Positions 12,240 to 23,900 of a stretch of DNA of 32,676 bases are shown one piece after another. This DNA comes from Trichinella spiralis (Eukaryota), in contig NW_003526945.1 of NCBI RefSeq assembly GCF_000181795.1, positions 5,802,943 to 5,835,618 on the forward strand. Reading direction: 5' to 3'. Made by a program: the position numbers and the translations under genes. The notes under the pieces are model-generated. The model saw nothing but the letters and a program-made list of their open reading frames with translations. It was not told the DNA's origin and did no database searches. Each line of letters starts with the position of its first letter. Position 1 is the stretch's first letter.

Positions 12240-12500
12240 AGGTAGATTGCATGATGCTGGTGATTACCGCTCGATTTCAACCATTACCTTAACTAATTCA
12301 CACTGGTAAATAAACACTGCCAGAAGATGCAACTTGATTCTGGAAAGCGACTCTGGTGTGAGAGAGATTGATACTGCGTTCTCTCCGGCAAGCCACATCC
12401 ACAGGTCACCTTTTCCGGTCCTGCGCGGACTCTTCGCTCTATCGGGGATGATCCAATGGACGCCAGACTTCAATACTCGTTAGAGTTGGGTCTTGATAAC
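12240..12500 (-). mobile_element. Possible Bel/Pao LTR-retrotransposon integrase remnant
   Basis: Abrupt rise in GC content. GVHWIIPDRA and CELVKVMVEIER weakly resemble the Bel/Pao integrase segments IQWKFITERAPW and ELxTVLxEIEA. Heavily degraded. Confidence 0.35.
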
Positions 12501-12509
12501 GGCCAGGTA

Positions 12510-12740
12510 CAATTCTGAACAGTCCGCCACACTGCTCTGCGTCCACTTTTGTCTAGTCCTCGGTCTTATGGCTCTTCTACGATCACTGACCGACCATTTT
12601 AGACGATCGCTGACGGCTTACAACGGTATTTCTCCCGGTATATATACATATAGGCACTGCCGTCGTGGCCTGCGTGAACTGCCAATCGAGTGACTCAGTC
12701 ACCGCACGCACCGTGGGGAGTACGTGCTATCCTAGCGACA
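12510..12740 (-). mobile_element. Possible truncated LTR
   Basis: On the minus strand it begins TGTCGC at 12740, is GC-rich, and contains TGAGTCA and a TATATATA box. It lies between retroelement-like fragments. No matching second LTR or CA end was identified. Confidence 0.3.
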
Positions 12741-13305
12741 ATCATGCTACTTACTCTCCACCTTCGGCGGCTTTGTTTCCTTTTTCCAGAACTGGGCCTG
12801 ACACGCCGATGGTCCTTTACCGGATTCATCAGTATCAGCGATGATGGCCTCATCGCCTGCCGCTAGCTCCACCGGTGGGACCCCCAATGTCATCTGATAA
12901 TGCACGACTGAGATTGCTTGCACAAGATTGGGCTGTTTGCAAGGCAGATGAATCTGGAGAGCACAACAGCCTAATCGCTTGCGCAGCAAGACCACGCCGT
13001 GCCTAGATAACTGGGGTTACTGTGCTTCCAGTTTCCAACAATATTCGGTTTCTGGCATGGCAACACGGTACGCAGAATGTGACTAACAGCTGGGAAGAGT
13101 AATTCTTCGTTGTTAATGCGCAGCTTCCCTGTCTCGGCAATCAGAAGAGAAATGTTCTATAAAGTTCCCGATCGACCGTTTTCTTGCTCTGCCGCAGACG
13201 AAAACAAAGTTGATAATATTGGTAGTGCATAAAATCTGTCCGAAGTGACAAATTCTTTTTTGCTTTCAAGTCGAGAACCATTTCCAAGTGTTCAAATAAT
13301 CATCA

Positions 13306-13830
13306 TGTAACGTCCCACCGGTGGAGACTAGCGGTACAGATTCCGTTTCACGTCTATCGAAACGGGCATCGCAGTCTGGGTTGATTTTTGATCACATTCG
13401 CGCTTATTCGACGACATCCATACAACAGAAGAAACAGCAACTCAGTACAGTAGAATATGCAATTACAACCAGCTAACAACAATCATCGAGATAAAACCAT
13501 TTGATCAACTCAACTTCACCACCAATACAATTAGCAAACACCTCATTGTATTGGTGATGAACTATCAGAACCACATTTCGCTTTAAACCGTATTGTCAAT
13601 GCATCAAATGGATTGACTACCACCACAAAATCAACCAACTGCACTGCGACCACTAAACATAATGATCGCCACGTCGTGACGTCTACACCGTAACCCTTTT
13701 CGACAATCAAGTGCGAGCTGTTTTCTACTGTGGGGGATACGGTGAGTAGGTGCTCATAGTGGTGTTTTCGCCTCTTCTACGGTCAGATCTGCAACAAATC
13801 GAGCGTTAATATCTTCCCTGGACTGTTACA
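13306..13830. mobile_element. Solo-LTR-like or short TIR element, 525 bp
   Basis: Termini TGTAACGTCC ... GGACTGTTACA form a TG...CA inverted repeat with one indel. The interior is non-coding and more GC-rich than the background. No clean TSD (flanks catca / tgcat). Confidence 0.6.
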
Positions 13831-14029
13831 TGCATTTTCCTTAATAATGGGCACTTCTTCACTCAAAAGGCACATCTAATGCATACGGTAAATAATCAAG
13901 TATTAACGTACAACAAATCGTTACAATTGGTTGCAGTTGATGGTTATAGAAAGAGAAACTACTACCAAATGAATAAATTGAGCGTTTCATACTTGGTTTA
14001 GTCAGTTTTGAAGCATTTTCTATCAAAAT

Positions 14030-14319
14030 AATGCAAATTAAGATGTAATAAAATTGTATTGGCCAAAATTGAAAAATATTGCACGAGGTTGCGCATTTTG
14101 AGCAAAGAATTTAACTCTGATAAAAAAAGTGCTCCATTTACTGAAAATCACGCATTTTTGATTCAGTTTTAAGAAAGTTGCGCATCGGCACCTTTACAGT
14201 ATTTACAGTATGATCGGCGATGTGTCAACTTTTATAGTTATTTATTGAAAAAATACTGGATAATTTTCACTGAAATTATACCCAGTATTCTGATTTATCG
14301 ATTCCTGTAGGAAAATGTA
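14030..14319 (+). repeat. ~290-bp direct repeat, copy 2
   Basis: Matches 10241-10529 with scattered substitutions and a small indel. Confidence 0.95.
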
Positions 14320-16326
14320 AAATTCATGAATGTAAAATCATGTTATTAATTTTGCCATAGCAAATTTTCAATTTTCTCAGCATACAACTGTTGCTCATTC
14401 TACTGACAATTGTTTGTAGTTTTTGTTTATTCTTTACGGCAACCTTTGACTTGAAAATTTGTGTTATATCTTAGTTTCAAGAGAAAAGTTAAAATTAACT
14501 GAATTGATGTAATCATTTTGAGAAAATGTGTATAGAAGTGGACAAACCAGAACAACCAAAAAAGTATAACAATTGCAGCCAGAGGGTGCTTGCTACGATG
14601 ATCTACCGGGAACAGTCTCTCGAACTTAACAATTTGCTGAAATAGTAGCATTCGTTTAGACGGCTGTTAGTTTTAATTTTTGAATACTGCTATTGTTATG
14701 CTATTAAATATTGAAAAATATAGTTTGAGAAAGGATCATTGAAATTTATCATCGTCACATATCGCACGACAGAACCGAAAATGTTCTATGTTTTCTATTC
14801 TTTTCTTGAAAAAACTTCAAAGTTGATAGTTGGTTCTCTTGCATGTTGTTAATAGTTCGATTAGTCTAAATGTGAAACAACTGCTGGAACAGATTGGTGG
14901 AGAAGAAGCTGTTTTTGAACGGCCACAGCTTATACAAGCAACTTGGCTATTCAACAGTTCGGCACTGCTTTGATGATTGTAACAATTTTTCGGAACTCTT
15001 TTATGCAATAAATTTTCTTTAAGCACTATATGCATCCAGAGCATCTGCTTCAAAATACGACTTTTCGGTTAGTCTTTTGAAGTGACATTTTTTTCATCAC
15101 TATTGTGAGATATTGATATTTGATTTTGAAATTTCTTCATATATCATTTGTTGAATTTATTTTTATATTTTTTTAACAATATCTAAATAATAAAAATAAC
15201 ATCTGAAATAAGTTTTGGAAAATAAAATTCAAAAATAACTACTTTAAAGTTGAATGTCATTTGAAGTTGCAATTATTTTATAGCCAAGCTGAAAGTTGTT
15301 CATATAGGTGCGACCGGAAAAAGCTGTCAATGTAGAAAATGAAGAATTTTTTTCCTGAGATAATTCACAAGGTGCCTGAATGACTGACGTGACAAAAGTT
15401 TGATATTCAGCGAATAGAATGGGCAGCTGTTCGCATAGAGGAAAAAATTCGCCATCTGAAACAGTTCATGCAGAAATGATGATCAATCAAAAATGTATAG
15501 CTTTGTTCCAGATGAAAAAGTTTAAATTGAATTCTTCTCTGAAAAGTAACACTGAAAAATTTCTGAACGACAGAAAACAGCCGCAAGCTTTTATGATGGC
15601 TAGACATGAATTAATTAATTGCACATATTTTCAAAAAATTTTCCCAACTTATCCACGAAAAATGACTAAGTACAGCGGCATTATTCCACCTTTCAGTAGT
15701 GAGTGTGCGTTTTTGAAATATGCCGCTTTATTCTACAATGAAATAGAAATTCAATGCGCAGTACACATTTATTTGATGATGCTTATTTCGATTTGCAAAT
15801 ATTTTTTTACCAGCACAATATTAGCTGGAATCGTAAAGCGTGTCATATGTGTGGAATAAATTTTCTTCATAATCCCCCCCCCCCCCAATGCAAAACAGCA
15901 ACTACATGCAACCTGTAATTTATTACTGGAACACAGAAAAAAAAAACAAAAATATAACATAAAACACCAGAATGAAATTGCTTGAAATATATATATAATA
16001 TTACTCAGAAGATCTGGTTGGAGTATATCAAGTGAAAATATATTTTTACAAGAATCAAATGTACGTTAAATAGAGGGATGATTTCCTGGCCCATGATTCA
16101 GCATGGCAGACTTTTGACTCTGCGTTGAATGAAGCTTGTTTCCATCATCACAATGAAAACAAAATATTTTGCTGCAAGAAAAAAAGGAAACTGCAAAACA
16201 AAAAATAACATGAAAAGTAATGTCATGACAAAACTTGTACAAGCAACTTTACACTGATGTTAATAATAAATACTTATTATAAATGGAATAATAACAAAAA
16301 AGATATACTTGGAAAATATCCTCAGT

Positions 16327-16380
16327 ATATAAATAGATAAATAAATAAATATATATATATATATATGTATATGTATATGT
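16327..16380. repeat. Compound (TAAA)n/(AT)n/(ATATGT)n simple repeat
   Basis: Seen directly; lies downstream of the spen-like gene. Confidence 0.8.
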
Positions 16381-16651
16381 TCGAGTATGTGTATGGTTGT
16401 GAAAGAGATTTTTATCATTATAAACGACGATGATAATAATGAAAATACAATGCTGGCATGTTGTAAACGACGAAACGGCAAGTCATACACGTTTGGTGTT
16501 GTTCCCAATCGCTTGAACAGAAGATTAACGCTGTGGAACAATCGAACTGCACGTCATTTAGGATTATTTTCTAAAAGTGAAAAAATTTACATTCTGAAGA
16601 AATAAATTTCCCATACAGGAAGTAAATACAGGCAAAGTGAGTAAGCGAAAT

Positions 16652-19600
16652 TTACCGAAAATTGCATACTGAGGACTCAAGCTGAGTTCTGCTGACTTTC
16701 GCCCGGCGATTTTTTCCTGCAATGGAATCACCACTAAATATGGTATCCAATTTTACCGAACCGCCGCCTACACTGCTGCATTCGCTGTTCGCCCTAGTTT
16801 GACGTCCATCCGAAGAAGAACCTGGTGAAAGCATGGAATCGTTGGATATCTGAAAAACAAAACCATATTCATCGTGTAAAAAAGCACACCTTTTCAAAAA
16901 AAACATACCAAACTTTGATCACGTTCACGTTCACGTTCACGTTTGAATGTGCAGTGCTTCAATTCACTGGTCGCCTTGCGCTTGTTGCTTCTATAAAACA
17001 ACAATAATAATCAAATATGATCAAATACCATACGTGCGTGGAAGTGGGAATAAAGAATTACTTTGCCGTTGATCGGCTCCCAATACTTTCGGCTAATCCT
17101 GAATCGGATGGCGAGTTTTTCAACAATCCAGCTTTGTGCATTCTGTCGATGAACAGGTCGTACATTTCTCTGGAGCAGAAATCAACTTGAATCCGAGCTT
17201 CGTATATTTTACTCCCTTTCATGCCCTGTCATGCCAAAATATCACATTATCATCAATGAACACAAAAACAACAAATCAACGCATCTTTTCTTTTCTTCTT
17301 TTTTTTACCTGTACGGCTTTTTGCGCCGCGTCAACATCGTCAAAAACTACAACCGCTTGATGCATCTGAGCATCGATGATCACATCAATGACACAACCAT
17401 AAAATCCCAGTTTTCGACGGAGATAAACTTCAGTTACGTGCGTAGGCAAATCATCTATCCAAACCATGGTAGTGGGAACCGGCTTGCCAAATCCAACCTA
17501 GCAAAATAGTTTTATTTTAATTTATTTTCATTAAATTACAAAAATAATCATCGACAAGTACTTTGACTTTATTTCGACCAATGATTCCGTCAGTTTCCAT
17601 GGCCAGAATTGCATTTACCACTGATACGATGTCGGCAAATTGAATGAAACAAAACGGAGCAGGAGTATCTCTATTTTTAATGTCCACATCCTGGAAAAAT
17701 TCATACACCAATAATTAATTCATCAGTGTGAAATTCATCGACAATTTATTATTCAATAGAGCTGAATTACCAAAATTTCCCCAAATTGGTTAAAATGTTT
17801 CGTCAGATCCTCTTCTCTGAGCCGATTGTCCAAATTGCCAACGTACAAAGTGCGAGACGATTTCGGATGATAGCAGTCAACATCTCGAGCCAACGGCCGC
17901 TTTTCATTATCTTCGACGTCCATCTCGCTGCTGGCCAAAACCGCATTCAACGGTTTTCCAAAGAAAACTTCGTTCATTGCATTTTCCAAAGCCGCCTGCG
18001 CATCCACCTCTCTTGAACAAATATGGCAAACATCAACACCTACACGGGATATTTCATTTCCAACGTCTGTCTCACCTGCGAAAATGCACTATGGCGTAAC
18101 GACTCGATCCGGAGCCGATCACTTTCACTTCGACCACTTTTCCATACTTTTTGAATTTGTGATACAATCCATCTTTGATGCTAGAATCGGACGAACGTGG
18201 CGGCAAATCCCTAACCATTATTGGGACACGCATTGCTTGAAAAACGCGCGGCCGTGGTTCCGAAGTGACCGTGCCTTCACTAACCGAAGGGGACTGTGTG
18301 CTGAAAATTAACATTCCAATGTTGTCAATAAAAGATTTCTGCGAAACGGAAACACACCTTTCATCTGGAGAACCGCCGTCACTTTGTACCGTCTCCGCTT
18401 GTTCAGATTCAGGAGAGGATGGAACTTCTTGCCGAGGCGGCGGAGGCGGGGCTGGAATACTAAAAACCACACAAATATTATACACACAATAAAACAACAA
18501 GCTCAACATATAAAGCAAAGTAGAATTCATCTCTCGTTCTTTTTTCTATGTGGAATAATATATGAAGCCAGATCTAAAAGAAAAAAAAACACCCAACTTT
18601 TCTATCAGAACACCCTCGTTTATCAACTTAGTCTATTTCTCAAAAAGTGTTTAATTAAAACATTTTGCCAAAATAAAAATACACCCACGAAGTTAGCCTA
18701 TTTGAAATTACAAAAGAAAATATCTACTACCACTTAACTGTACAGTTTGCACTGATTAGTAAAAACAAACAGAAAAAATACGCTAAATATAGAGAGAAAA
18801 AAGAAACGAATTGCTCAATCAAATTCTCCACCATTGTCGACCATTATTGAAAACACTTTTTTTAATGCTAAAAAAAAGGTTTTTGATTACTTTTATCAAC
18901 AAAAACAGATTTCGTCGTTGCAACCAACGTATGCAAAGCTAGAAAACAACCGGAACGTTCATTTATTTCACCTCGTAAAGTCAAAAGTACACGTTCAACA
19001 CTGGCATTCGGTTCATTCAACGGTGGTTCAATTTGGCAAGGAGCAAAATGAAATCTCAGATAACAAAATACGCAAGTATCATTCCCTAGATCAGGGTGAT
19101 TGGAAAACAGTGAAACTTGAGAGAGGGTAAATGATTAAATGAAGGCCGTAGCTGTTTATTTTTTCAACAGAGGGAAAAAATTTTCAGAAATTTCAGATTT
19201 CAGATAAAATTGAACCAATCACTGGTGAAAATAGTGCACCTCACGAACAAAATAATAATAATGATAATACACATAATGCCAGACGAACACATTGCCCATC
19301 GATCTAAAATCATTATAACGTAAATCAGGTGGGGGTAATTCTCTGCGCAGTAATTCTGTGTTTTGTACTCTGGGCTCATTGTCCACCGGCTGGTTTCTGA
19401 AATAGAATTAAAAGTATAACGTCGAACCTATGAAAAAAGATATCACAAGAAAACCAATTACGACTTTTAAAATACGAAGTCGTATAAAACAGCAAGCAAA
19501 AAAAATGAAAAGAAAAAAAATGCCAATCAACCTTATTTAAAAAATAAATTGTTGAAGCAAATAAAACTAATCAAACCAAAAACATGACAGTATTCTCGGT

Positions 19601-20524
19601 GGAAAAAAACAGCAGAAAAAAGATCAACAACTGGCTACATTACAAGCGAGCAACGATCAGAATACAACGCGGAATGTTTGAAAAGTGCCAAACTTCATTG
19701 CATCCGAAATCGCTCGCTCCGTCAGAAGCAATGTTGACCAAGAGAGCATCCAAAATATCTGCAATCAGAACTGGAAAATTAAGAACAGAAATGCCATATC
19801 ACTGAAGCCTTAATTTGATAAAAGAAAATAAAACTACAAAACTGCTTTAACAAATGAATGCATGGACAAACAAAGAACAGAAAGAAAACTACTACCGGAA
19901 CAAAAGATTTCGAAAGCAAAAATCAATACAGATGAGAAAAATAAATTCTGCAATAAAAAAAGAGTAATAAATGAACAATATTACCTCAAAATTACGGGTT
20001 GACGACCACATTTTCGAAAGAACGGATAATCGGGATCCACTTCAGGCCAAACTTGACGAAAAACGAGCGGTTCACTTTCCAGGTAGTGATCTCGCACCAT
20101 CAGTCGTAAAACGGACAGCGAACTTCGATACGAGACGAAAATATCCGCGTACGGATCTGCCCGTAAAACAATGAACGACTCAATCAGCCCATATCTGAAA
20201 GTGAAACTGCGTTGAAAAGACCAAATTGAGAAAATTTCAAAAAACATTCGCTGACTCCAACAAGTAGTTGTACAACTCGACATCATCAAAAGACGTATAA
20301 ATGTCCATCGCCTTGACGTGACGGCTGAAATACGGAGACAAGTCGGTAATTTCGGAATAATCATTTCGAGCCATGTGACGTGTATTTGGGTATTCGCGTT
20401 CTGAATCGCAGCTGTCGCTTTCGCAGCTCACCTCCAACGGCTCGCAAATGGTGCAATAATCTTCACCGGAACTTTCACTTTCGTGATCCGAATTGTTTTC
20501 TAAAGCGCAACGGGGTTCGCTCAT
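16652..20524 (-). CDS. spen: Split ends/SHARP/MINT/DIN-1 family RRM protein; RRM1-4 present, no SPOC domain found; 11 exons, ~638 aa, last exon uncertain
   Basis: Exons 20524-20256, 20194-19985, 19396-19289, 18459-18358, 18300-18076, 18011-17771, 17690-17562, 17497-17309, 17225-17062, 16990-16909, 16849-16652 join in frame (1917 nt). IMVRDLPPRSSDSSIKDGLYHKFKKYGKV, EKRPLARDVDCYHPKSSRTLYVGNL, GRNKVKVGFGKPVPTTMVWIDDL and KGSKIYEARIQVDFCSRE match SPEN RRM2-4 (VQNLPVRSTDTSLKDGLFHEFKKFGKV; EFRPLDERIDEFHPKATRTLFIGNL; KLGFGKSMPTNCVWLDGL). A degenerate RRM1 lies in exons 1-2, and an RERERERD tract follows RRM4. Confidence 0.88.
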
Positions 20525-20749
20525 AGTCTGAAAAAGAGAAAATTTTCATTCGACCTTCGGTCAACCACAAATGCCCACATCCCATGACGCTACAAGCGAT
20601 CACAATGAGTTCACCGCCAATACTGACCTACCCCGAACAACGCAACTGACACCGTTAGGAAAACAATGATTTTACAGTAATTGATGTAAAAGTATTAATC
20701 AATTGAACTGATGCTTGTTTGTCAAAATAAGAACCGAAAACTTCGCAAT

Positions 20750-20960
20750 AATAAAAAATATTGCATAATTTAATTTTAAAAAATGATTTTAAAATAAATT
20801 AAAATAAATTTCAATTTTTTAACTAAAAAATAACGTCACCAAACAAAAATTCTGAACGATCTGCGAAAAAAACAACTACATTTTTCATTTATAAAAATTA
20901 TTTTTTATTTTTATTAAAAAATTTTAATTTTTAATATTTTATTTTAATATAATTTTTGCT
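20750..20960. promoter_or_regulatory. Poly(dA:dT)-rich tract upstream of the spen-like gene, candidate nucleosome-depleted promoter region
   Basis: Nearly pure A/T runs 230-430 nt upstream of the ATG. A similar tract lies at 4470-4560 upstream of GCP3. The function is inferred. Confidence 0.35.
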
Positions 20961-23900
20961 GTTTTTCTACATTAAAAATACATGTCACTTTAACAATGAT
21001 GACCTTTGTCTGACCTGTCAGTGCATGTTTTTTTGGGTAAAAAAAGGTGTAGCTGGGTAAAAGACAAACGAAACTCAGCAACCAGATGCAATCGAAACAA
21101 AGGAAAAGCGACCTCCGAACTTTTATTGTCATTGCATTGTTAAACACTGACAAAGGCAATTGTATTGTTCGGATATTGAACCATTTCGTACAAAACATGG
21201 GCATATATGTTTGATTCTAATCTTATCGTTTCATCAAACGTTGCAGATTATTTTGAAAATTTTAATATATTAAAAAAATTGGTAATGTCGGATGGAAACA
21301 ATCGGTGTATGAATAAATATTCCAAATAATGACAGTTTCGAATAAAAGTTTCTAATGAAATTTTTCCATTAGCATTTTGTTCAATCAGAATCACGTCGTT
21401 GAAAATAAATTAACAACACACTGCAGATGTAGGGTTCAAAGATTTGGCACATTCACCACGTTCTGCCCGTTATCACTTTACATAAGTAAATAATTTCATC
21501 TTCAACATGTTCAACATTACAAATAACTATGCAAACAAATCATGTTATCGATTAATTTGAGTTTTGTTTTCATTTTATATCATCTTTCTCACTTAATAGT
21601 ATATTAATCAGCAGAAGATAAATATTTGTCAAGTCAAAAATAACAATATAAAATAACTGTATATAGCCACGGCAATTTTGTTCAACGCGTTGAACAACTA
21701 CTTCTCTCGATGTCGCTTATGCTAACTATATTATATATTAACTGTTATGTTGACCCGGAGGCGTTGGATGATTTAATACTGCCGTTATTCATATTTAATG
21801 TATCTTTTTTTGAAATACATTGAAAAACTGAGTTTGATTTTACATAAACTATTTAATAAAATATATTAATTTAACAAAGTGTTACTGACAACCAATAATC
21901 GCATTATATCGAACAAGAAGAAATTTAAGACGATTATAAATTATTTGAAAAATTTTCACAATGTTAATCATTTTACTATTTATTATTTACAAACTCAATG
22001 TGGTTGTTTTTGAAAAATTCAACGGACAAAATTGGTATGAAATGAACCAGTTCTTAGAGATCATTTGAAGATCAATTGTTAAATAAGATGTATACATTCC
22101 ACCATTGGTTAAGAAAATTATTGTGTAAATAGTTCGGAGTAGGACTACAAAATTTTTTTTCTAGAAAATCTGTTGTACAGTTGATGTCAACAAGTGCGCA
22201 GAAAAGGAAGGTGAATAACGGAAGTGAAGTTGATAAATTAAATATGAGACCAAGACATTGCAAAAACGAAGATATAAATTATTCCAAAGAATTTGTCATT
22301 TCAATGCTGATGAACACTGGGGAATAACGATATCCGGTAATGTGTATGCATGTATATTTTATCTTTTCAATAAATCACTTTACATTAACTGACGTGGTCG
22401 ATTTGAGACTTGAAAAATCTAGTATTGGTGACACATACTGGCCAGTTAGTTATTGAAATTTAGTTGGTTTAAAAAATAATCTATGAAATAATGGCACAAA
22501 CTATTTTTTTTATCACCAACTGATTCTTAACGTCTAGTTGTATAAGGAATGATAGAATTTAAGAAATGTATACCTTTCAACTTTGATTTCACAAAAAGAA
22601 AATCTTTTCACCTTGTCAGTTTTAGAAAGTAGTTTGATGAGAAAAAAATTTGTATTCTATTAATTTAAAATAAAATAAAATTTACAAAAATGCATTTTTA
22701 AAAAACTGAAGATATGCAATTTTCATCATTCAAACAGCAATGATAAATTGCCTTTTTATTAACGTTAATTCCGCTTTATGCTATGAACGCTTTCATTTGA
22801 TTTAAATATTTGCTGATGATATTGTTGTAATTTTAATTTTTTTTATTTTTAAAACAATCTATTTAATATGGAATATATTTGAAAAATATGAATAAATTAA
22901 TGAGTGAAATAGAAAGTTATTATAAAAAGAAATTTCAAATCAATAATTGCATGATTAAAACTTCCTCATCGGATGGTAGAACAGCAGAACAAGAAGGCAA
23001 TACGCATGTGTATAGGAAAGTGAAAGTAAAAAAAAATGAAATTATTGTTTATTTGTTTGTTTGTTTGTTTGTGTGTATAAGCAGTATGTTGAGCATAATG
23101 TGATCATTAGATACCTACTATCGACTAGCTGTGTTGATTTGATTTGGTTTTCTATTTCGGCCAGTTTTGACCTAACATGGAAAATGTAGCACTGCGTGGC
23201 TTCTTCCATTGTAGTCAATTAGGAATTGATTTCGCATGATTATTCTCACTCTTGTAGACTGGCACTTTAGTTTGAAAGCTTTCTGCCAGACCGCCCGATT
23301 AGCGGTGATTCGTTAGGGATTTGTCCATTTGAAATATGGACAAATCAATACAACTCAGTGACCATAAGAGTGAAATGCGGATAAGCGCTCAGTTAGTCTG
23401 GATGATGCCTTCAGAATACATGCTGATATTGTCGATAACTTTACTTCATTGAAAAATCATCTTCAATACTACTGTTTCATATCATACGGTTGTATTTCAC
23501 TGCAAATTTTTTAAATTTTTTTCAATCATCCATTTTCCACTCATAAATTTGCTTTCAATGGCTAACATTTATGGAAGTAACCATTCTACTGATGTTCCAC
23601 AAAGTGAATCTTCAAATACTACTTCATTACCAGGTGGTAAAGTTTGCTTTCCATATTGTAAATATTATTTCTAAATCAAAAATTAAAAAAAATATGCATT
23701 GTGCAATTTTTTTCAGTATATATGCTTATATTTATTTAATAATTATACTACAGTACATGGAGAAAGGTAGCAGCTTTGAAGTGAGTCAGTAAAAATTCTT
23801 CTTGCTTGCTGAACGCTGGGAAATTTTTACAATTATAAAATTTTCATTCTAAATTTATTTCATGTGAACAAAAATTTCATTATAAAAATATATAGAAATT

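Noticed and set aside
12747..12995. 82-aa ORF with faint resemblance to a Merlin/ISXO2 DES motif or a Bel/Pao C-terminal domain
   Set aside because: Similarity is too weak to choose a family; probably TE debris.
10241..14319. Reading the 290-bp direct repeats as LTRs of one full-length retrotransposon
   Set aside because: No TG...CA boundaries, PBS, PPT or TSD, and the interior is a mosaic that includes a DNA transposon.
14817..15053. ISCGRSKTA resembling the hAT SCxRTK motif
   Set aside because: A single short motif with no other transposase landmarks recognised.
15419..15859. 146-aa plus-strand ORF
   Set aside because: No recognisable domain, no supporting splice structure, and composition typical of AT-rich non-coding DNA.
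18568..18580. CCAGATCTAAAAG resembling, from memory, the 3' end of a Trichinella spliced leader
   Set aside because: Partial match only, not followed by a GT donor or Sm site; better explained as the reverse complement of an intronic TTTTAG tract.
18880..19770. Open minus-strand segments inside spen introns (about 18880-19115 and 19640-19760) as extra exons
   Set aside because: Their splice phases are incompatible with the flanking phase-2 junctions, and no homology was seen.
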